Source: Octopus sinensis (lineage: Eukaryota). Taken from it: 64,000 bases of DNA. The position numbers and the translations under genes were made by a program. Positions 12,886 through 23,293 of the stretch are shown here, one piece after another. Location: positions 9,872 through 73,871 of the forward strand of contig NW_021837041.1 of assembly GCF_006345805.1 (NCBI RefSeq), read 5' to 3'. The notes under the pieces were generated by a model. That model did not search any database, was not told where the DNA came from, and saw only the letters and a list, made by a program, of their open reading frames with translations. How positions within the stretch are numbered: the first letter of the stretch is position 1; every line of letters starts with the position of its first letter.

Positions 12886-13679
12886 ATATTATATATATAT
12901 ATATATATAATATATATATATATAAATATATATAAATATATATAGATATAAGTTAGAGGTGTTAAGCCTTCTAAGGGATAGGAGTATCCAGAGGCACTCC
13001 TGGTAATTACCTCCATAACTATGGTCCTCAGTATAATGTATACGGCTGTAGGTAATTTAAAAAGCTAGGCCGTAGTTTAATGTATATATAGACAAACAGG
13101 AATGGAGAAAAAAACAACAAAGAGGAGTGTATCTTTGGTACTAAAAAGCCATTATTTAATTAGTTAAGCAAGGTTATTTCCCTCGTCTGGAGTCGATAAA
13201 ACTGCTTAACTAATTAAATAATGGCTTAACTAATTAAATAATAGTACCAAAGATACACTCCTCTTTGTTGCTTTTCTCCATTTCCTGTTAGTCTATATAT
13301 ACATTAAACTACGGCTTACCTTTTTAAGTTACCTACAGCCGTATACATTATACTGAGGACCATAGTTATGGAGATAATTACCAGGAGTGCCTCTGGATAC
13401 TCCTATCCCTTAGAGGGCTTAACACCTCTAACTTATATCTATATATAGTAACAAACTGAAGAAAAGAGTACCTTCAAACGGCTGTGTTAATCATCCAATT
13501 CGCTGGTACCTTCTGTTGGATAACATATAAATATGGGTATAATGCAATGAGAAAGATAAATTAAATAGAGAGATACTATTGACAGTCCAATAATTTATTT
13601 ATATTATAATATTATATTAAATACTTTTAATCCGAGGGTCACGCTCATAATACATATATTATTAGATATTTAATTATAC

Positions 13680-13717
<38 letters not shown>
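12111..13717. repeat. Tandem duplication (period about 834 bp); each unit contains a foldback palindrome of about 500 bp
   Basis: gatataagttagagg starts at 12111 and at 12945. Within each unit, 12111-~12325 is reverse-complementary to ~12375-12606. Confidence 0.9.
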
Positions 13718-13721
<4 letters not shown>

Positions 13722-13947
13722 GAAATATTAAAATTACTAAGTCTCTCTAAAAGAGAACAGCGGCAGCGTTCCCGGAAAATAATAGTTATCGCCATACTAA
13801 TATGGCATTCTTATAAAAATAAGAATAAAGCTGTCCGCTTATTAGCTCCATGAGGCCATCGCCTTAAGTTAGCTATTTGATACACAAACTGTATCCATAT
13901 AACCTTCGAACAAGGGAGGTCAGTCGCTCCACACTACTTGACCGGCA

Positions 13948-13989
13948 GCTACAGACGCGTTTCGGGGTATTGCCCCTTTTCAATGCAGC
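13948..13989 (-). ncRNA. Minimal type I hammerhead ribozyme, U3-A8 core
   Basis: Reverse strand GCTGCA-TTGAAAA-GGGGcaataCCCC-GAAA-CGCGT-C-TGTAGC; all three stems pair. Confidence 0.8.
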
Positions 13990-14399
13990 GTAGCCAGCCA
14001 GTAGGTGTCGCTTCCGACAATCTCTGTTCGATGGTTTTATTTACCTAGTTTCGGTGGAATACATCCACTTGTTTTCAATAATAGAAATATTAAAATTACT
14101 AAGTCTCTCTAAAAGAGAACAGCGGCAGCGTTCCCGGAAAATAATAGTTATCGCCATACTAATATGGCATTCTTATAAAAATAAGAATAAAGCTGTCCGC
14201 TTATTAGCTCCATGAGGCCATCGCCTTAAGTTAGCTATTTGATACACAAACTGTATCCATATAACCTTCGAACAAGGGAGGTCAGTCGCTCCACACTACT
14301 TGACCGGCAGCTACAGACGCGTTTCGGGGTATTGCCCCTTTTCAATAAATAAAACCATCGAACAGAGATTGTCGGAAGCGACACCTACTGGCTGGCTAC

Positions 14400-14441
14400 G
14401 CTGCATTGAAAAGGGGCAATACCCCGAAACGCGTCTGTAGC
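14400..14441 (+). ncRNA. Minimal type I hammerhead ribozyme, U3-A8 core
   Basis: GCTGCA-TTGAAAA-GGGGcaataCCCC-GAAA-CGCGT-C-TGTAGC; predicted cleavage after C14435. Confidence 0.8.
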
Positions 14442-14761
14442 TGCCGGTCAAGTAGTGTGGAGCGACTGACCTCCCTTGTTCGAAGGTTATATGGATACAG
14501 TTTGTGTATCAAATAGCTAACTTAAGGCGATGGCCTCATGGAGCTAATAAGCGGACAGTTTTATTCTTATTTTTATAAGAATGCCATATTAGTATGGCGA
14601 TAACTATTATTTTCCGGGAACGCTGCTGCTGTTCTCTTTTAGAGAGACTTAGTAATTTTAATATTTCTATTATTGAAAACAAGTGGATGTATTCCACCGA
14701 AACTAGTTAAATAAAGCCATCGAACAGAGATTGTCGGAAGCGACACCTACTGGCTGGCTAC

Positions 14762-14803
14762 GCTGCATTGAAAAGGGGCAATACCCCGAAACGCGTCTGT
14801 AGC
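14762..14803 (+). ncRNA. Minimal type I hammerhead ribozyme, U3-A8 core
   Basis: Identical motif 362 nt downstream; predicted cleavage after C14797. Confidence 0.8.
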
Positions 14804-14968
14804 TGCCGGTCAAGTGGTGTGGAGCGACTGACCTCCCTTGTTCGAAGGTTATATGGATACAGTTTGTGTATCAAATAGCTAACTTAAGGCGATGGCCTCA
14901 TAGAGCTAATAAGCGGACAGCTTTATTCTTATTTTTATAAGAATGCCATATTAGTATGGCGATAACTA

Positions 14969-15007
<39 letters not shown>

Positions 15008-15658
15008 ATCCAAACAAGAAAACACAACAACGCGAGGACGTGGAACAAATATAGTATTATTGGATGTTCAGGAAGGAAGGGAAGATGGAGGGTTTAACGT
15101 TTCGAGCGGAGCTCTTCGTTGGAAACATAGGAGAAGGAAAGATCCAGAGAAGGGAAGACAGAGGAAAAAAAAATCGCCAATGGTCCACACACACACGCAT
15201 ATATATATAGTACAAGGAGTAGGGAATCCGGACAGGTGCCTTATTAGCACTCTGATATAATCTGGTTAACCACATCGAATGATAAGGAACCAACGGAATT
15301 GCTTAAGATAAACAATTACACGGTATTTCCCTTGATAGATAAATCCTGAGTTTGCTCCAATGGATTTCATACAACACACACCGTATAGAATGAAGACATC
15401 GGAAAGAAGAAGAAGAAGGGAGGATTACAAATCTTCAAAATTTGTTTATTACAGTATTTTTCTCATTAAATTCACATTAGGTCTAATGTGAATTTAATGA
15501 GTTTAATACTGCAATAAACATGTTTTGAAAATGTATAATTCTCCATTCCTCTTTGTGATTCATACAAACATACATACATAAATACACACACACACACACG
15601 CATATATATATATAAATATACATATATATATACATACATACACACACATATATATATG

Positions 15659-15712
<54 letters not shown>

Positions 15713-15811
15713 TATACACATACATACACACACATATATATATGTATATATATATATTCATATACATACAAATATACACATGTATATATACGTACATGTG
15801 CTACATATATT

Positions 15812-15844
<33 letters not shown>

Positions 15845-15909
15845 CTATCTACCTATTTATCTATCTATCTATATGTATATGTTCACACACACACGCACAC
15901 ACGCACACA

Positions 15910-15956
<47 letters not shown>

Positions 15957-15961
15957 CACAC

Positions 15962-16680
15962 ATGTGCTGTTCCGACTAAAATTGACCATTTGCATAAACG
16001 GAAAGTACAAATTGAAAAGTATCCCATACAAAAATAAAAGTATTTTTGAAAATCAAAAAATCTCAACTAGACTGTGGCTGGGAGATAACTCTTTCCTCAA
16101 AGTAGCCGCCTTCAACTTCCACCAGGGTCTCAATATGGCTCCGGAAGCTATCACTTGTATTCTTCACTGTGTTTCGAGGAAGATCTTCGAACACCTTGAT
16201 CTCGGACACCAGCTCGGCGTTGGTGTTGCAGGCAGAGCAGTTAGTGTCTTTCTCAAGTGTGTCCCAGACATAGTTATCCATCGGATATCAACTGGGAGAA
16301 TTAGGGGGTCAGAAAATGGGGCTGGTGATGTTGTAGAAATTCTCCGAGAACCACTTCTAACTCTACTCGGAGATATGGCAAGAAGCCGAATCTTGTTGCC
16401 ACTGATATGGCCTTTCAGCAGCAACCTTTTCGAATCAGGGTCCGGCAAGTTTCCAGCAGCTTTACATAGCGGTCTGAATTGAGCATAATGTCCTATTAGA
16501 AAATTAAGGGATAAACTCTAACGCAGGCAGAACGCTTGCTGTGTGCATTCCTGCTAAACTTGCCTTCGTGGTTTTCCTCCCAGCTGTCCATGTAGCGTTT
16601 TCCTGCCTTTAGTGTTCGTACAGCAGTAATCATGATATCTGCATTTTGATATCCAGCACGAATCACCATGACAGAGTTAA
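15962..16680 (-). mobile_element. Tc1/mariner-superfamily transposon remnant
   Basis: Reverse strand: [14 protein letters not shown]...[35 protein letters not shown]...[17 protein letters not shown]. Confidence 0.8.
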
Positions 16681-16689
16681 CATTTTACC

Positions 16690-17780
16690 AGTATGCAAAT
16701 GGCTTCCAGTCCGCCATGTCCAAAGAAGTCACATGACTCTACCGCAACGTATCATTAGAAGAAAGGATGAACCTGTATGAACAGAAGACTATGCATGGAT
16801 ATGATAGGAGAAAGCTCCGTGATGATAGTAAAATCGATCATCAAAGCAGTTTATCATGGACCAATAGTCGGATTACTACCTCCCACCTTAAAGGGTATGC
16901 GTTTGCAATCGAGGAACAGGAAATATCAACCAAATACCTAATGCACAAAAGGGATAGAGATGCAGGAAAAGCCGTAAAATGTGACAACCAATGCAGACTT
17001 TGTGGCGGTCACACTGAAGATATCACCCACATCATAAGCAGTTGTCCGAAAATGTTATCAAGGTTTTATCTACCGATGAGACTTGATGTAGCTAGGACAC
17101 TCTAATCACAAGAAGAAAGAAATAAGAATCCACAGTATGGTAGAAGCCATAACCACTCATAATAAAAATACTGTGGAATGTCCCAGTGACGTCCTCAATA
17201 AAATGCAAGCAGAACAGACCTGATATAATGATTTGGGATAGAGAAGAGAAACTGTGCACAGCGGATGTTAACATAAAGCTGAAGATCAGTGAAAAAGAGA
17301 ATACATATGCTGAACTATTGAGAAATCTGTAGTTACTCTATCCAGATTACATGTTCAGGTTTATACCTGTAATTATTAGGGCCCTGGGATATGTAACACA
17401 CTGCCTAAATAGCAATCTTGGGAAATTAGGCTTCTCAAAACCAGAAAAGAGAAAGCTAATTCGAAGACTACAGATCAAATCCATCATAAACATCTGTAAA
17501 ACTTTCCAGAAGTTTATCATATATATATGATAAAATATATATGAGCTTGTCTAGATATGTAACTATGTACTTGAGAAAACATACATAAAACATAAAAATC
17601 TGATCATACATACATACATACATACATACATACATACATACATACATACATACATACATACATACATAAAACAAAAATACCCTGTTGTTGATGTTGAAAT
17701 TCCAATGAGCGAGCCTTAGATCTAGGTTAGAAACCAGCTCTGTCTCTATTGGCAAGAAATCTTGAAATAAAATCGATCAA
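16690..17780 (+). mobile_element. REL-type non-LTR retrotransposon 3' fragment (family distinct from the 22.5 kb element)
   Basis: CCHC knuckle CRLCGGHTEDITHIISSC, RPDIMIWD, EKENTYAELLRNL, FIPVIIRALG. Frameshifted, with an (ATAC)n tract in the 3' UTR. A small fragment of the same family lies at about 40800-40920. Confidence 0.85.
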
Positions 17781-17804
17781 TGAGACACATACACACACAT
17801 ACAT

Positions 17805-17850
<46 letters not shown>

Positions 17851-19097
17851 ATAATCCATACGCACGCTTGCTCGTACAGGCATGCAGAAGCGGTCAGACA
17901 TATTGGTTCCTAATTGCATCTGTGTCGCCTTAGAAAATCACGAGACACTCTAACGAACGTAGAATAGCAGACATACACATACACAAGACACACACACACA
18001 CACAGAAGCATATAATCATACATAAGTATACATACATCCATGCTTGTATATATATATGTGTATGTGTGCACGTATGTGTGTGTCTGTGTTTGTGTGTATA
18101 TTTGCATGTACACGTACATGAATACATGCATACATAGAATTATATGCGAATATGTATGCACACATACATATGAATATGTATACACACGTACGTACATATA
18201 TACGTACATACGTACATATATACGTGCATGCATGCATATACACATACACATACATAAATGCATCTCATTAAGCGATCTTTATTCGTCGTCTGCTCTCCAT
18301 CCCTTCCCTCCGTCCCCTTCCTCTCCTCCTACCATACCCCACTAATCTGTCTTCATTCGTTAGGCGTTTTAATACCCGATCAGGCTCAACAATCGACCGC
18401 ATCATTTAGACGGAAGTATTACGGGATTACATCTATTTCTAATTACGGAATAAATACCACGATGACGTGTCATTCACCGATTGGTTGGCAAAGGGAGAGA
18501 CGAGCTGGGGGGTTAGTTGTTCGTGGTTGGGTTTGCTAAAACCGAGACTTTCGTAGATTAGCCCCAGGTTAGCTTTGATCGAGTAGACGTATGACCAGGC
18601 CATTCAACCCGTGGCCCTCCCGTCTGTTTAGAGGTATTTAGAACAATATTTTACACTGTCTTCTTTTTTGTTATTAATGATGTTATGATGCTATCTGAGG
18701 GATATTTGACTTCTATTTCTACCCTGGTGTGACCGACCACGTAGTAGCGTCCCTTTAATTACCTCTCCAATATGAGAGTAGTGGCTGCCAGGGGTGGAGG
18801 GGAGTAAAAGTAATTATGTGGGAACGTGGAAAAGAAAGGATGACGGTAAAGAGGAAAAGGAGGAGGAAGCGGAGAAGGGTAGTAGTGCTGGTGGTGATGA
18901 TGATAATGATGATGATGATGATGATGGCGATGACGACGACGGCAACGATGATGATATCAATCAGGAGGGAAAGTTGGTAGGAGATTATGATGGAGGGGGG
19001 ATGATGATGTTAGTTGGTGCTATCCTTGTTGTAGTTATTATTATTATTGCCTTTGTATTGTCCCCCGCATCCTTCGCCCTTGTGGCAAATAAATGAA

Positions 19098-19160
<63 letters not shown>

Positions 19161-19717
19161 GAGTGAGAGAGCAGCGCATGCCATCAAAGTGACACTGGGT
19201 TAAAATATACGAAACCCAGTATACGCATCATGACTACCCGTCTGATAAGGGTGCACTAGGCACATGCATCACAACCATATGTGCGCGACATGGTAATCTC
19301 ATATCAAGATAAACAGTGCATGACTTTGCAGGTGGGGCCCAGTTAAAATTTTCTTCTGGTCAAGTAGCCCATCCAGCTCAAAGGGTCCTTGAATAAGGGT
19401 TGTTTAAGGATGTTGAACGAAACACCCATGTTTCCAGGGGGGAATTATTGAAACCCCAAAGAATCCCTCTCAAAACATGGCTGTGATGCTCCTCCACTAC
19501 TTCTGCTCGTGATCAGAGATGCACATATCGTCAGCCACTAAGGGACATGCTCAACTGGTTAAGGTCAAACAACTGACAAGCAAATCTGTGGTATTGAGCA
19601 GAATATTTGCTGTCGCCCATCTTTTATAGCAAGACAAAACAATGTACATGATAACACTTCCAATCAGTTAAGATCAGAAGCCATGTGAGCCACTGCCTGG
19701 TACTGCATCAGGGCATT
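19161..19717 (-). mobile_element. Non-coding interspersed repeat of about 555 bp embedded in an (AAT)n tract
   Basis: Flanked by (ATT)n on both sides. A diverged second copy lies at about 62990-63350. I found no ORF and no tRNA boxes. Orientation is inferred from the (AAT)n tail. Confidence 0.7.
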
Positions 19718-19782
19718 TATGATTATTATTATTATTATTATTATTATTGTTGTTGTTGTTGCTGTTGTTGTTGTTATTATTA

Positions 19783-20295
<513 letters not shown>

Positions 20296-21343
20296 CACCA
20301 TCGATTCATTACGTTGAAATTCCGCCGATGTTAACTTATCCTTTTTCCCTTTCGGAGTCCATAAAATAAGTAACCGTTTAGCAGTGGGGTTGATGTAAAT
20401 GACTCATCTCTACCCCTTAAATTTCAGGCCTTGTACCGAGAATAGAAAGGATTGTTATTATTTCCTATGCGCACTACAGATGAGATTGTTGGGGGAAATA
20501 ATCCAACATCAAGCTACAACAAATAACCTATAAAAAAAGAAAAGAATCCTGACATCAGACTACAACATGTAACCTCCTTAGATGCCAAGAACCCACCTAG
20601 GTATCCAAACTGCCACGAATAACACTGTTTTCTGCAGCTGTACTAAACTAAGTTTATCTTCTCATATATTTAGGGATGGTTCCTAATGCACCCATAACTA
20701 CGGGGATACATTCTACCCGAGAGGATGGAAAGCAAATTTGAACACAGAAACACCATTGAGCCTTTTGCAGGCCATAAACATTGATTTCAAATTTTGTCAC
20801 AAGGCCAATAATTTGTTTAACCGGTACTTATTTTATCGACTCGGAGAGGTTGAAAGGTAACGTCATCCGGAGCGGAATTTGAACTCAGAACGTCAATCGG
20901 AGAAATTGGCGCTAAGCATCGTGCGGACCAGAAAATATTAACAATAACAAAGCCGAAGTAAATTCTAATGAGAGGCTCTTGAGGTGTACTTGTCTGGTAA
21001 ATTATTTAATCTGAGGGTGTCTGTTGAATCTCAAGAAATTACAGCACGGAAGACAGACATTAGCCATTTGAAAATAGAACAAATGTTAATTTCACTTAAT
21101 CACGTGTTATTAGAGTTAAAAGTTTTTGTTAGTTAACTTTCAGTTTCTCTTGAATTACGATAATAAAAATATCCATAAAAATTCTTTCATTGTTCTCGCA
21201 TGAAAAAAAAAAAAAACCAACAACAAAGAATGGAAGAAGAAGGAAATGTTATTTTTCTCGCAATGAACAACGCGAGAATTTGTTGATTAACGTGTAGAAC
21301 GACTGAAAAATCGAGACAAAATACAAAAAGAAGCCAGATTTAG

Positions 21344-21390
<47 letters not shown>

Positions 21391-21405
21391 TAATACTACT
21401 ACTAC

Positions 21406-21472
<67 letters not shown>

Positions 21473-22472
21473 ATAATAATAATAATATAATAATAATAAT
21501 AATATAATAATAATAATAATAATAATAATAACTAATAATAATAAGAAGAAGAATAAGGCGGCTGGACGTGACAGAGGATGGACGTATTTTTACGATGCTC
21601 TGAACTGGCAACAGCGAACCCAGCAGGTCAACTGTAGAAAACTGGAAGATCTACTGTTTACTGTAAGTAATTTGAATTACCCTCAAAATAAGTAAAAAAA
21701 AAAAAAACTTACATATCTACAGCTCATACAAACGTACACCTAACAAGAAAAATTAGAAACATAATATCTCCAATTCTGTGTGAACATTTACATTTAGTCG
21801 TCTCTCATGACTATAAGAATGTGTAAAATTGCCTTTTAAATTACCTTTTTTGTAACAACACAATTAAATGCACGATAAAAAGTTATGGAATTAAGCACCT
21901 ACTACAATATACATACAACTGAATTCAGAATTTAAAAATATATACATAACATTGAACTCAGAAAGTTATTTAAAAAAAGAAAAAAAAATCTTCGACGAAA
22001 ACATCAGATAATATGTGTGAGTGAATATACATATATATACATATACATATGCATGTGGTGAAGAAGAAAAGAGAAAGGAAAAAAATAAATAAATAAATAA
22101 ATAAACGTAAACAGGTTTGACCTTTTACTGACCATTAACGTCCTTTGTCTCCACCATCTACCGTAGCTATTTATAGACCCAAAGAACATGAATTCTTTAA
22201 CCACCCATTCTCCAACACAATGGAGTGTTGATGGTGGCTGTGGCTACACATAAAACAATGTCATTGAAGATGATGATGGTGATGGTGATGTTGCTGATGA
22301 TGGTGATGGTGGTGAAGATGATAGTAATAACAATAATAACTGACAGATCCCGTCTTTTTCCCTTTCTTTTCGTTTCCTTCTCCGTATTTTATTCTCATTA
22401 TTTCGAACTAATACAGACACAGTAAGCCTTGAAGAAAGGAAGAGGAGGAAAGGAAAAAAAAAAAAAAAAAAA

Positions 22473-23282
22473 ATGTCCGGAGATAAAACTATCAACAAAA
22501 AAAATACAGACGAATATAGATCTGCTAGTCTTAAGAAGCGGCGCTATGAGCAATGCTTACATGTAGTGAACCCTAAACTGACAGATCCATCTCCTAATAT
22601 AAGAATGGATGCTCGTCATGCTTCAAGGTCAACAAATCAAACAATAAACCGCATTGGTCATTGCGCGGATTACAAAAGACCACGTACCCGAAAATTGAAC
22701 CAAATCCTGATTGAAAAATCAGTTACTGGATCAAATCTTCCCAACACACAGGAGCTGGACGAACCCCACAACCGGAATATTCCAACAGATGGCCATCCAT
22801 GCTCATCACCAAATAATCAAAAGAAAAAGAAGGAAAAATGGTCTAGGGAAGATAATAAAGAAGTTCTTGAGGCCTTCTACCATGCCATATATTTCCCCAC
22901 AGATAAGTCTAGCACTGTACAAGCATACTTAAACTGGAGACAGAAACACCCTGAAGTAAGACCCTACATAGACAGTAACAAGCTTGCCAATGTTAGAAGA
23001 AACATTATAAAAAAAGAATTACTGACTGAAGTAGAGATTGATCAGGTTAGACAAGCAATATCGGATAAAATGAACGAAGCTGCAGCTAGAGAAGATAATA
23101 CAGAGGAAATGATTATAGACCAGCCCAGGGCGGATAAAAACGAAGAGAGGATTGAAAGAGTTAGTATAAGTGATAGGCAAAGTGAAATACGCCCTGAACC
23201 AATCATAAACACTAAGACAGATGAGCATCAAATAGATAAAGAAAGTCACACAAATATTGACCCACAGAACTACATGAGCTAA
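22473..23282 (+). CDS. R4/Dong ORF, N-terminal segment (before frameshift 1)
   Basis: 269 aa including KWSREDNKEVLEAFY...LANVRRNIIKKELLTEVEI, resembling the Myb-like N-terminus of R4-clade proteins. The next frame is already open from about 23262 (PTELHELKNQIMIEW). Confidence 0.75.
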   Translation: MSGDKTINKKNTDEYRSASLKKRRYEQCLHVVNPKLTDPSPNIRMDARHASRSTNQTINRIGHCADYKRPRTRKLNQILIEKSVTGSNLPNTQELDEPHNRNIPTDGHPCSSPNNQKKKKEKWSREDNKEVLEAFYHAIYFPTDKSSTVQAYLNWRQKHPEVRPYIDSNKLANVRRNIIKKELLTEVEIDQVRQAISDKMNEAAAREDNTEEMIIDQPRADKNEERIERVSISDRQSEIRPEPIINTKTDEHQIDKESHTNIDPQNYMS

Positions 23283-23293
23283 AAAATCAAATC

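Larger units (their letters stand above)
13718..14975. mobile_element. Tandem + inverted array of a 362-nt hammerhead-containing unit (retrozyme/PLE pLTR-like)
   Basis: Unit starts at 13718 and 14080 in minus orientation, inverts at about 14346, then repeats at 14355 and 14717 in plus orientation. The array is flanked by (TA)n on both sides. Confidence 0.9.

Noticed and set aside
13718-14975. CRISPR-like or satellite interpretation of the array
   Set aside because: There are no short repeats with unique spacers. The units are 362-nt near-identical copies in a eukaryotic context.
18794-19096. 100-aa acidic + hydrophobic ORF
   Set aside because: Built from GAT/GAG and ATT/GTT simple repeats, starts at GTG, and has no recognisable family.
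21345-21545. (AAT)n tract as the 5' target site of the large R4 element
   Set aside because: About 900 nt of unrelated low-complexity sequence lies between this tract and the ORF start, so linkage cannot be shown.
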